From: Macrostomum lignano
Lineage: Eukaryota
NCBI GenBank assembly: GCA_002269645.1
Contig: NIVC01001277.1
Span: 62,001-126,000, forward strand
DNA length: 64,000 bases
Reading direction: 5' to 3'
Positions 24,901 through 36,700 of this stretch are shown piece after piece. The notes below the pieces were generated by a model, which was given only the letters and a program-made list of their open reading frames with translations, made no database searches and was not told the origin of the DNA. Within the stretch, counting starts at the first letter, position 1; each line of letters starts with the position of its first letter. The translations under genes and the position numbers were made by a program.

Positions 24901-27900
24901 CCGATATTCGAATTTGAATTTCGGCTCAACGTAGCCGGGCGCGCTAGTCAAGTTGACCCGATCGCAGTTCATCTCGTCCACCCCGGTGTTGCAGTCCAAC
25001 TTGCCGTCGCATATGTGCCGATAGCCGTAGCACTCGTCCGGTGAGCCCGCGTAGCACGGGAAAGCTCGGTCTGGGTTCAGCGTCTCGTTGCAGGTGTCTG
25101 TACAGGTGATAATGATTAGATGAAGTATACCATGTACTTTTCAATGGTTAAAAGTACACCAATTACTAAAGTACACCAAGTACTTTTCAATGGTAAAAAG
25201 TACACCAAGTACTTTTAATGGTTAAAAGTACACTAACTACTTTTTAATGGTTAAAGGTACACCAAGTACTTTTCAATATTTAAAAGTACTTTTAAAAGTC
25301 TACAAGTGTACCATGTACTTTTCAATGTTTAAAAGTACACAATGTACTTTTAATCTGGGGTTATTAAAAAACTTACGCCAGAAGGTGACCTTAGTGTAGT
25401 TGGAGTCCGTGAACATGATCATGCCGGAGTAGTTCATAGTCTTGTTCGCATCAGGGCCGTAGGTGGGGCTGGGGAAGTACTGCAACTGCGGCATGTCTGA
25501 GGTGTCATCAAACCAAGCGAACTGCAGGGGCTGCTCCGCGTGGGCCTCGTAGGACATCTGCTCCTGCAGCAGCTGTGGGATGGTACAGCAGGGGCATTGG
25601 GATCAGGATTTGACAGGGTTGAGCTTTGAGATTGGGATTTGGGATTTGAGATTGGGAATTTGGGATTTCTCGGGGACGGGATTTGGGATTCGGATTTGTG
25701 ATTAGGTTTGAGACTGGAATTTCGGATTTGAGATTTCGATTAGGGATTCGACAGTGTTGGGATTTGGAAATTTCAAAAGATTCGATGGGATGATAAAAAA
25801 TGTAGACAGGGATCTCGGGATTTGGATTTAATAATGGGATCAAAGATTGGGATCTGAGAATTGGAATAATGATTTAAAGGCACAGGTATTATCGATTCTC
25901 GGGATTCCATACTCACCGTGTAGGGCTCCAGGATGACCTTGTTGCCATACCGCAGGTACAGGTCGTACGGGATGGCCGACAGCAGGACAAACGAGCCAAC
26001 ATTGGCGCCGGTGATCCAGCCCGTGACAGATTTACCTGTGAGATCCGAGCCCTGAGTCACCTGCAGATCCACTGAGTTGATGCTGAGCACGTCGACAAAG
26101 AAGGACATGGAGTCCGTGACCAGCTCGCCGTCCTGCTTCATGAAGTAGGCCACGATCCGCGCGATGGGCGCTATCTCTCGGGACAGGGCGATGGAGAAGG
26201 TGCGAGACTGGACGCCAGCCGGCATGAACAGGATGTCGCTGTGCAGAATGTTGCCGCCGCCAAGGATTATGTAATAGATTCTGTCCGAGTAGTAGTTAGT
26301 CTTGATGTTGAACACCATGTACCGGTCCACCGTGGGTTTCACTGTTGAGGTTGTCACCTGCATGTAGGCACCGGATGGAGAGTAGTGCCTGAACAGGAAT
26401 TGCTCAGCTGTGCGGACATCCTTTGAAGTTGTGGACGAGAGCAGCACCGCGTACAGGCGGTAGCTCAGGCAGTTCATGGATGTCTCGATGGGGTAGCGGA
26501 CGACGGAGTCGTCGGGAATGGGGATCGACGCGTCTGTCTTTACCCGCTTGCTGCGGTCGCAGTAGACCTCCAGGGTGAGCTTCCGGTAGCGGAAGTCCGG
26601 CTTCCGGCCGTCTGGTTGAAAAACCCACAGCTGGGAAATTGTTTTGGGGGTGGATTTGGGATATTTTGATGCATTGTGAGATCGGGATTCGGGATCACCT
26701 ACAGTCTGGGATTCGGGATCATCTACAGTTTGGGTTTCGGAATCATCTACAGTTTGGGATTCGGGATCATCTACAGTTTGGGATTCGGGATCATCTACAG
26801 TTTGGGATTCGGGATCATCTACAGTTTGGGATTCGGGATCATCTACAGTTTGGGATTCGGGATCATCTACAGTTTGGGATTCGGGATCATCTACAGTTTG
26901 GGATTCGGGATCATCTACAGTTTGGGTTTCGGGATCATCTACAGTTTGGGATTCGGGATCATCTACAGTTTGGGATTCGGGATCATCTACAGTTTGGGAT
27001 TCGGGATCATCTACAGTTTGGGATTCGGGATCATCTACAGTTTGGGATTCGGGGTCATCTACAGTTTGGGATTCGGGATCATCTACAGTTTGGGATTCGG
27101 GGTCATCTACAGTTTGGGATTCGGGATCATCTACAGTTGGGGATTCGGGATCGCACTCTCACCAGGGCGGTGAAGGGGAATCCCGGCTTGAACTGGCGCA
27201 CGTATCCGCCAAGAAACTTGACCTCCGGGATCTCGCGGAAGATCACTGTGTAGGCATAGCTGGTCTGGTTCACCAGAAAGTACCAATCGTACACGAAGGC
27301 GTCTGCGCGGACCTCCAGATTGGAGGGCCGGTCGGACAGCTTGAGGCTGCTCGAGATCTCCGACATGGTGAATAGAAAGTCGGAGCGCCCGTAGAACTGC
27401 GTGCGATTGGGAATTTTTTATTGATTTTTGCCAAATGGCGGCTCACTTCCGGGTGTCACCCGGAAACTGAGTCTTACGCTATTAGTATTTGTGACTTACC
27501 TTTCGAGCAATCTGTTTTACAAAAATTAATTGAAAATCTACCATAAGAATCTCCAAAATAATTACCCTAGATATCTCACCAGAGATTCTCATAAAAAATC
27601 TCACAAATGATATCCTAACCGAAGCATCCAATTCTAGAGATCCGACCAGAAGAATCTCAAGCATGAGATCACACCGGAAGAATTTCACCCATGAGATCCC
27701 ATCGGAAGAATCTCACTAATGAAATGATGAGATCACTGATGAGATCCCACCGGAAGAATTTCACCCATGAGATCCCACCGGAAGAATCTCACTAATGAAA
27801 TGATGAGATCACTGATGAGATCCCACCGGAAGAATTTCACCCATGAGATCCCATCGGAAGAATCTCACTAATGAAATGATGAGATCACTGATGAGATCCC

Positions 27901-30401
27901 ACCGGAAGAATTTCACCCATGAGATCCCACCGGAAGAATCTCACTAATGAAATGATGAGATCACTGATGAGATCCCACCGGAAGAATCTCACCAATGAGA
28001 TCCCACCGGAAGAATCTCATGAGATCCCACCGGAAGAATCTCATGAGATCCCACCTAAGAATCTCACCCATGAGATCCCACCAAAAGAATCTCACCCATG
28101 AGATCCCACCGGAGACTGGCAACTCACATAGGGAATATCCTTCCACATCACCCCGATAGGCGGCGAGTTCTCGGCGGCGCCCCGCTGCCGGAACTCTAGC
28201 CGGATGGAGGCGTTGCCAAACACTGGCGCATTGGTGGTGTGGTTGGCCTCCAGGATGCCGTAGACACCGAAGGCGAACTCCGACAGCCGCTGCGGCATGG
28301 TGATGTTCACCGAGATCATGCTGGTGATGGTGTTGAAGAACACCAAGAAGCTCCGCTCGGTGACGAAGGCCTCCCTGGTGCAGCGAACCTTCCAGCTGCC
28401 GTGGTTGCTGGTGTCCGCCAGCTGGTAGCTCAACTCGATGAAGCCTTTGGCATTGTTCCTGGGTGATAGCCAGCGCCTAACGGAGACGTTCTTCGAGTCG
28501 ACCACCTCGATGGAGGTGAAGACGCGATTCTTCACCATCAGGTTGGACTCGTAGGGGAAGACGCGGAAACGGACAATGTCTCCCATAGCGTAGATGGGCT
28601 TGGAGAACTGGATGAAGGCTGAGAATAGTCTGGGCTCGTAGATGATCTCCGTTCGGTTGTAGAATACCAGGCCGCCCAGAGTCTTCACTGAGCCTTCCAC
28701 GTGGATGTTGTAGGTTCCAGTTGGCGTGTTCTCCGGGATCTGGCGGTTTGCAACGGCAGCGGGTACTGTTTGGTTGGTTGATTGTTGCTTTCGGAAGCAG
28801 AAAGTATTGCGGGTCAATGGTAACTAGGGTAGCGGCTGCCCACTGAAGGACCCGTGGATGGCGGCGGCCCACCGAAAGACCCGTGGATGGCGGCAGCCCA
28901 CTGAAGGACCCGTGGGTGGTAGCGGCCCATTGAAGGACCCGAGGCTGGCAGCGGCCCATTGAAGGACCCGAGGATGGCAGCGGCCCATTGAAGGACCCGT
29001 GGGTGGCGACGGCCCATTGAAGGACCCGCGATTGCAGCGGACCATTGAAGGACCCGTGGGTGGTAGCGGCCCACTGAAGGACCCGTGGGTGGCGACGGCC
29101 CATTGAAGGACCCGAGGATGGCAGCGGCCCATTGAAGGACCCGTGGGTGGCGACGGCCCATTGAAGGACCCGCGATTGCAGCGGACCATTGAAGGACCCG
29201 TGGGTGGTAGCGGCCCACTGAAGGACCCGTGGGTGGCGACGGCCCATTGAAGGACCCGAGGATGGCAGCGGCCCATTGAAGGACCCGTGGGTGGCGACGG
29301 CCCATTGAAGGACCCGCGATTGCAGCGGACCATTGAAGGACCCGTGGGTGGTAGCGGCCCACTGAAGGACCCGTGGGTGGCGACGGCCCATTGAAGGACC
29401 CGTGGGTGGCGACGGCCCATTGAAGGACCCGTGATTGCAGCGGCCCACTGAAGGACCCGTGGGTGGCGACGGCCCATTGAAGGACCGTGATTGCAGCGGC
29501 CCATTGAAGGACCCGTGGGTGGCGACGGCCCATTGAAGGACCCGTGATTGCAGCGGCCCACTGAAGGACCCGTGGGTGGCGACGGCCCATTGAAGGACCG
29601 TGATTGCAGCGGCCCACTGAAGGACCCGTGGGTGGCGACGGCCCATTGAAGGACCGTGATTGCAGCGGCCCACTGAAGGACCCGTGGGTGGCGGCGCCGC
29701 AGCCGAAAAACAGCTGTCACTTTTTCTAACTTTTTTCCATCACTCCGAATCCGGAAAAGGTGGCTGAGCGGTAAGAGTACACTCGGCTGATAGCTGGGAC
29801 ACGTGCCAACAAGAATCGGGGCCATTGGATTCAGTCGGGGTCAACGGCTCGGCTAGGAGGGGTCACTTCCGGGTTCTTCCGGGTCGAAGTATCACAGTGC
29901 CAGAAAAGGTCAAACAGCTGGGGCTTTAAAGGTCATACCCTGACGCGAATCAGGCGCGAAGCAGCTCGAGTGAATGTCTCTTCAGCGAAGGCGTACTCGG
30001 TCTCGGCTACGCCGGAGCCGGGCTCGTTCAGTCGACGCACCGACACGCGAAACGTGAGACTGTCGTAGAGCATTCGGAACACGGTGGCGCTGACCCGAAA
30101 CTCCTGCTCAGGTCGGATCTTTCTAGGCACCAGCACTAAATAGGTCCTGCCGAGTTGATAATATAGTAAATTAGTGAACAGGTATGGTCGATAAACAATT
30201 AGTTAAAGTTATAACTGATAAGATAAGAGCCGCCCACCCAACTGCACACGAGCCCTTATCTCCCTTAATAATTTCTTACGGAGTCGGCGGCAATTCCATA
30301 CTGGTAGCCGGGACCGCCTGCTGTCCCCCGGCGCCGGCCAGGAGGCAGCAGAATATTGTCGATAACAGCAGCAGCGGAACGTCGAAGGATGCCGCGGCCA
30401 T
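18904..30401 (-). CDS. Mcr: Macroglobulin complement-related protein (Mcr/TEP6-type, alpha-2-macroglobulin family, thioester-less), 14 exons, 1628 aa
   Basis: Exons (-): 30401-30280, 30146-29939, 28739-28128, 27396-27163, 26630-25917, 25572-25377, 25097-24854, 24620-24380, 23547-23299, 23034-21979, 21302-20785, 20217-20043, 19862-19754, 19112-18904; 4887 nt with all phases compatible. Signal peptide; MG domains (YLVLVPRKIRP, FIQFSKPIY); LDLa module (CYAG...CDGKLDCNTGVDEMNC); GSGES in place of GCGEQ; WISTQDT; RWYPVAN; ICKVCGSFQCPYC; hydrophobic C-terminus. Confidence 0.9.
19280..19700. repeat. Degenerate pyrimidine-rich intronic minisatellite (ctctgattctcttgcaattccc-like)
   Basis: Imperfect tandem units in Mcr intron 13. 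Confidence 0.8.
20340..20760. repeat. Degenerate AT-rich intronic minisatellite (gtacactagttaaacatacattaca-like)
   Basis: Imperfect tandem units in Mcr intron 11. Confidence 0.75.
21585..21935. repeat. 26-bp intronic minisatellite (ccccaaccggggaagcctcaccggta)
   Basis: Tandem units in Mcr intron 10. Confidence 0.88.
23625..24345. repeat. About 35-bp intronic minisatellite (ccaaggatccctaacaacccggatcccatatttct)
   Basis: Tandem units in Mcr intron 8. Confidence 0.9.
24648..24800. repeat. 22-bp intronic minisatellite (gtctactgggactgtctaccgt)
   Basis: Tandem units in Mcr intron 7. Confidence 0.85.
26683..27152. repeat. 24-bp intronic minisatellite (gggattcgggatcatctacagttt)
   Basis: Fills almost all of Mcr intron 4. 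Confidence 0.93.
27680..28112. repeat. Compound intronic minisatellite (catgagatcccaccggaagaatctcac / actaatgaaatgatgagatcactg)
   Basis: Higher-order tandem units in Mcr intron 3. Confidence 0.85.
28835..29695. repeat. 29-bp intronic minisatellite (ggcccattgaaggacccgtgggtggcgac) with higher-order variant pattern
   Basis: Tandem units in Mcr intron 2; variant halves recur in cycles. Confidence 0.92.
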
Positions 30402-31499
30402 GGCTTGGAACAGGCAAGAGGGGAGGGAGGGAGTCGCAGTGGAGAAAGCCCTATTCTTTGCGCTGGAACTGTTGGCGGGGCCTTGTAAACTGGAGGGGAG
30501 GAAGGCACGGAGGGGTGGGGGTTCGTTTGGGGGGTTAGAAATTTTACGGGTTTCTTTCTCGCTCGTGCGCGCGCGTGGAACGGGTGAAAAACCCCCAAAC
30601 CCCACCCCACAGCCCCGCCACCGGGCCGTTGAGCGTGCGGTCCACGCGAGTGGAGGGGGTTGGGGTGGCTCACTAATATATTGAGTATAGAGCCAGCCAC
30701 TCCCTGAAAAAGGACAGGACTCTCTCTCAGGAGGCCGGGTGAGTCAGCCCTGGAAAGAGAGTACAGATAGGTAGTTCTACCTCAGATCAACAAACAGCAC
30801 CGTGAGCCTTGGGGGGAGGTTGGGGTAAGAAGACCGCACCGGATCAGGTCGTCTTAGTTCTTACCTTTTGTTCGCTTTCTCGCTTTCCCGTCCTCCGCGT
30901 GCGGATAGAGGCAGAACTGGAACCGGCCAGAGCTGACAGAGAGAGCGCGGACGAAGGCAGACAGCAACCCCGCCTGTACCTACCTCCCAAACTCAATCCA
31001 AATTGGGAGGTGAAAGACGAATATGCATTAGAATAGAATGAGCTCACTCTTCAGGACCAATAGCAAGACGAACGAGTCTTTTCCGCGTTTGGAAATTTGC
31101 GCATACAGGCAAGGGGTTATATAGCTAATATTAGACAACTCTGAATGCCAGAATAACATATATTTCTGTAGACTACGCGATATATGAGATACGAAGGACG
31201 ACCCACACTTTCTTACAGGCTTAAGCTCGTTTTGTTCACTGTGCAGTTTCTATTGAGCGCTGTTTATTCATTTGAGTCGGGTGTATGTAATGACAAGCGC
31301 AGATGAGCTGCGACTACAGATAAACAACTAGTGAGCAAAATAGTCGGTACAATTGTGAGTTTAAACTGAACTCTCAGTAGGAATAGAATTCGAATCACGC
31401 TTAGATTCGATTTGTTTTTCCTTTCCAATGGATTTCCGAATTGCTGTGCGAACGTATTTGTCTTAATAGACACCCAATAAAGATGAACTGAACTGTGGG

Positions 31500-33270
31500 T
31501 CTGGGATGCTGGAGGAGTGAACTGGGATCTGCGCTGCCGGAGCGAACTGGGATCTGGGATGCCGGAGGAGTGAACTGGGATCTGGGATGACGGAGCGAAC
31601 TTGGATCTGGGATGCTGGAGGAGTGAACTGGGATCTGGGATGATGCAGGAGTGAACTGGGATCTGGTATGCTGGAGGAGTGAACTGGGATCTGGGATCAT
31701 GCAGGAGTGAACTGGGATCTGGGATCATGCAGGAGTGAACTGGGATCTGGGATGCTGGAGGAGTGAACTGGGATCTGGGATCATGCAGGAGTGAACTGGG
31801 ATCTGGGATCATGCAGGAGTGAACTGGGATCTGGTATGCTGGAGGAGTGAACTGGGATCTGGGATCATGCAGGAGTGAACTGGGATCTGGGATCATGCAG
31901 GAGTGAACTGGGATCTGGGATGCTGGAGGAGTGAACTGGGATCTGGGATCATGCAGGAGTGAACTGGGATCTGGGATCATGCAGGAGTGAACTGGGATCT
32001 GGTATGCTGGAGGAGTGAACTGGGATCTGGGATGCTGAAGAAGTGAACTGGGATGCTGGAGGAGTGAACTGGGATCTGGGATGCTGGAGGAGTGAACTGG
32101 GATCTGGGATCATGCAGGAGTGAACTGGGATCTGGGATCATGCAGGAGTGAACTGGGATCTGGGATCATGCAGGAGTGAACTGGGATCTGGTATGCTGGA
32201 GGAGTGAACTGGGATCTGGGATGCTGAAGAAGTGAACTGGGATGCTGGAGGAGTGAACTGGGATCTGGGATGCTGAAGAAGTGAACTGGGATGCTGGAGG
32301 AGTGAACTGGGATCTGGGATGCTGAAGAAGTGAACTGGGATGCTGGAGGAGTGAACTGGGATGCTGGAGGAGTGAACTGGGATGCTGGAGGAGTGAACTG
32401 GGATCTGGGATGCTGAAGAAGTGAACTGGGATGCTGGAGGAGTGAACTGGGATCTGGGATGCTGGAGGAGTGAACTGGGATCTGGGATGCTGGAGGAGTG
32501 AACTGGGATCTGGGATCATGCAGGAGTGAACTGGGATCTGGGATCATGCAGGAGTGAACTGGGATCTGGGATCATGCAGGAGTGAACTGGGATCTGGGAT
32601 GCTGGAGGAGTGAACTGGGATCTGGGATCATGCAGGAGTGAACTGGGATCTGGGATCATGCAGGAGTGAACTGGGATCTGGGATCATGCAGGAGTGAACT
32701 GGGATCTGGTATGCTGGAGGAGTGAACTGGGATCTGGGATGCTGAAGAAGTGAACTGGGATGCTGGAGGAGTGAACTGGGATCTGGGATGCTGAAGAAGT
32801 GAACTGGGATGCTGGAGGAGTGAACTGGGATCTGGGATGCTGAAGAAGTGAACTGGGATGCTGGAGGAGTGAACTGGGATGCTGAAGAAGTGAACTGGGA
32901 TGCTGGAGGAGTGAACTGGGATCTGGGATGCTGAAGAAGTGAACTGGGATGCTGGAGGAGTGAACTGGGATCTGGGATGCTGAAGAAGTGAACTGGGATG
33001 CTGGAGGAGTGAACTGGGATCTGGGATGCTGGAGGAGTGAACTGGGATCTGGGATGCTGGAGGAGTGAACTGGGATCTGGGATGCTGGAGGAGTGAACTG
33101 GGATCTGGGATGCTGAAGAAGTGAACTGGGATGCTGGAGGAGTGAACTGGGATCTGGGATGCTGGAGGAGTGAACTGGGATCTGGGATGATGCAGGAGTG
33201 AACTGGGATCTGGGATGATGCAGGAGTGAACTGGGATCTGGGATGCTGGAGGAGTGAACTTGGATCTGGA
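31500..33270. repeat. About 1.8-kb intergenic satellite, 28-bp unit (agtgaactgggatctgggatgctggagg) with 21-bp variants
   Basis: Long tandem array between Mcr and eIF5. Confidence 0.93.
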
Positions 33271-33713
33271 AACTTTGTTGCAGCAAAAAATAAACATTTG
33301 AAAAACCAAAGGTAAATTTTTGCAGAAGTTTGCTAAAATATCTGCATTTTTTTCAAAGAAAATGTTTTATTTTTTATCGAATGAGGTGAAAAAAATTGAC
33401 GTCGGCTTTGTTGTATTTTAATTCTTAAAAGAAAATTTGCGCGCGAATTTAAAATTGATTCCTTTAAGATTTAACTAGCAATGCTAATAAACAAAATAAG
33501 TATTTAGTGAGTTTTGTTGTGTTTAGTAAAGGAAAACCTGAATAAATAATAGAAATGATTGATAGCTTCTAAATATACGAGTCGGTTAAATAACAAGAGA
33601 CCAAAGCCGTTCTAAATTCAAAAAGACGCGATAGACTAAGATAAATATAAATATGGCTTGTATTGTTTAGCAGATGTTTGTTTTAATTTATCAATCCAAT
33701 CAGTGCATCAGTG

Positions 33714-36700
33714 TCAGATGTTATCAATATCCACGTCCGAGTCCGGCTGCTCTTCTTCAACTCGGCCTCCGTTGGATGGCCGAACCTGCCGCGAACTCTT
33801 AGTGGAGCCGTTGCCGTTAATCTTCTCTTTCAAGTGTCCAGCCTCCTTATTGTTCTCCTCATCTTCCCCATCATCCTCGCTGGATGACTCTTCGTCCGCA
33901 GTTTGCAACCAGTTGATGAAGGGCTGCGACAGCTCGTGGATGCTGCGGCTAAGCTTCCGGTCACCGGAGTAGCGCTTGCTCGGCTGCGGGTTTGGGAATG
34001 AAAATGGATGGGAGGATAAACTGATTGAGACTTTGATATTAATTGCGACAGTTCACCCTGTTATTGATTAATTGCAGTACTTATCAGGACTCATTGGTGT
34101 TTCAAGATCACATGCCCCCAGTAATGACTGGGGTCATAGGCCTGGACACTTGTAAATAGTTTTTCATCATTATTTGTTTCTGTTGAACATGTGACAAAAA
34201 TGGAAGATTACTGAAGTTGCCAGTCAGGACTCACAGGTGTTTAATATCATGACCAAATTAGATTCATAGGCCTGGACACTTGTAGAGATTTCATCATGTG
34301 TGCAACTCTTCTGCTCAATAGTCAGGATTGATAATTGCCGGGGCGATTCAGAGATGATTTTACAGAGTGATTCAGAGATGATTGAATAAAGTGATTCAGA
34401 GATGATTTTACAGAGTGATTCAGAGATGATTTTACAGAGTGATTCAGAGATGATTTTACAGAGTGATTCAGAGATGATTGAATAGAGTGATTCAGAGATG
34501 ATTTTACAGAGTGATTCAGAGATGATTTTACAGAGTGATTCAGAGATGATTGAATAAAGTGATTCAGAGATGATTTTACAGAGTGATTCAGAGATGATTT
34601 TACAGAGTGATTCAGAGATGATTTTACAGAGTGATTCAGAGATGATTGAATAAAGTGATTCAGAGATGATTTTACAGAGTGATTCAGAGATGATTTTACA
34701 GAGTGATTCAGAGATGATTTTACAGAGTGATTCAGAGATGATTTTACAGAGTGATTCAGAGATGATTTTACAGAGTGATTCAGAGATGATTTTACAGAGT
34801 GATTCAGAGGTGATTTTACAGAGTGATTCAGAGATGATTTTACAGAGTGATTCAGAGGTGATTTTACAGAGTGATTCAGAGATGATTTTACAGAGTGATT
34901 CAGAGATGATTGAATAGAGTGATTCAGAGATGATTGAATAGAGTGATTCAGAGATGATTGAATAGAGTGATTCAGAGGTGATTTTACAGAGTGATTCAGA
35001 GATGATTCAGAGACAATGCTACTATTTTAAACTCTCAGCAATGATCGGTCAGAGAGATTCCCGAATAGTTCTATTGTACAAAAGAAATTGAATGATTTGC
35101 AAAGCGAACAACAAAAAAACGCACCCCCTTGGCGGCCCACTCGATCAGGGTCTCCTCGGACAGCAGATCGGCCGAATAGAAGGCATTGAGCAAGTTAGGA
35201 ATCCGTTTAGCATCCAGCAGGCTGTCCCGGAACCTGGCAATCAAAGTCTCCACCGCGCCCATCAGATATTTCTGAGCCCGACGATTCTTGTCGCCGCCAA
35301 CAAAAGCCAGGAACACCGGACGGTAAGTCTTGGCGATGTCCGACACCAGAGTGGCCGGCGAATCGAGCAGCACTTCAACAACAACCAGCACGGCTTTGTC
35401 GCGAATGTCCAGACGCTCAGGCAGAGATTCAGAGCACCAGTTCAGCCAGAGTGATTCTGAGCTGATTGCCAGAGATGACAGAGGTGATTTTACAGAGTGA
35501 TTCAGAGATCAGAGACAATGCTACTATTTTAAACTCTCAGCAATGATCGGTCAGAGAGATTCCCGAATAGTTCTATTGTACAAAAGAAATTGAATGATTT
35601 GCAAAGCGAACAACAAAAAAACGTTGGCGGCCCACTCGATCAGGGTCTCCTCGGACAGCAGATCGGCCGAATAGAAGGCATTGAGCAAGTTAGGAATCCG
35701 TTTAGCATCCAGCAGGCTGTCCCGGAACCTGCAATCAAAGTCTCCACCGCGCCCATCAGATATTTCTGAGCCCGACGATTCTTGTCGCCGCCAACAAAAG
35801 CCAGGAACACCGGACGGTAAGTCTTGGCGATGTCCGACACCAGAGTGGCCGGCGAATCGAGCAGCACTTCAACAACAACCAGCACGGCTTTGTCGCGAAT
35901 GTCCAGACGCTCGGCTTCAAGCACCAGTTCGCCGCTGAGCTGGCCAGATGACAGGCACTCAGTAAGGAACTTGTGGAACCGGTCCGCCCGGTCTTGGGGC
36001 GTCAGCTCCAGCATCTCGTCCGTTACAATCAGTCGCTGGATGGAGGCCGGCAGCTCATCCGCAGCTGCCCGCTGCTGCTCTCTATCATTCTCATCGTCTC
36101 CGCCCTCCCATTCGCCATCACTATCGAAGTCGTCCCCGCCTACGCCGGCGCCGTTTAAGTCGTCAGCATCTCCGTCGTCAGGATGATGATTGCTCTCCTC
36201 TCCGCTGTTGCCGCCTTCCGGGCTGCGATCGGCGGTGGTGCCGCCGTTAGCGCCGCCGCGCCTCCTCCGAGTACCGGCGGCTCCCCGGCCGCCTTTGCCG
36301 CTAGAGGCGCCAGCGGCCAGAGCCAGGCCGGTCTCGTCCGGCGGATTCTTTAAAATGAACTGCGCAGTTCGGCCATTGTCCGGGACGGGGGCCAGGCAGC
36401 CGCAGGCTTTGCATTTGGCCAATAGTTCGCCGCCTTGTTTGCCGCGAGTGCGCACAATCAGATCGGTCTCGGGGTTCTCGCATTTCGAGCACAGAACGTA
36501 CCTGGGATGGCGATCGATTGTGCTTGTGCTGTTGTGATGTGAATCACTCGATTGTGCCTTCATTGTGACAAGTCGATTCAATTTAAGACCTCACTGCTAA
36601 ATCGTACCACTAAAAAAGGGTGTCTACTGAACCTAAAACCTAACCCAAAACTTTAATCCTAAGCTGAAACGTAACCCAAAACCTAACCTTGACGTAAAAT

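Noticed and set aside
28477-29825. Long repetitive ORFs and a CRISPR-like look of the 29-bp array
   Set aside because: No unique spacers, no cas genes, eukaryotic intron; variant units recur cyclically.
31264-33309. Several 100-240 aa ORFs and a possible CRISPR
   Set aside because: Pure 28/21-bp satellite with no unique spacers.
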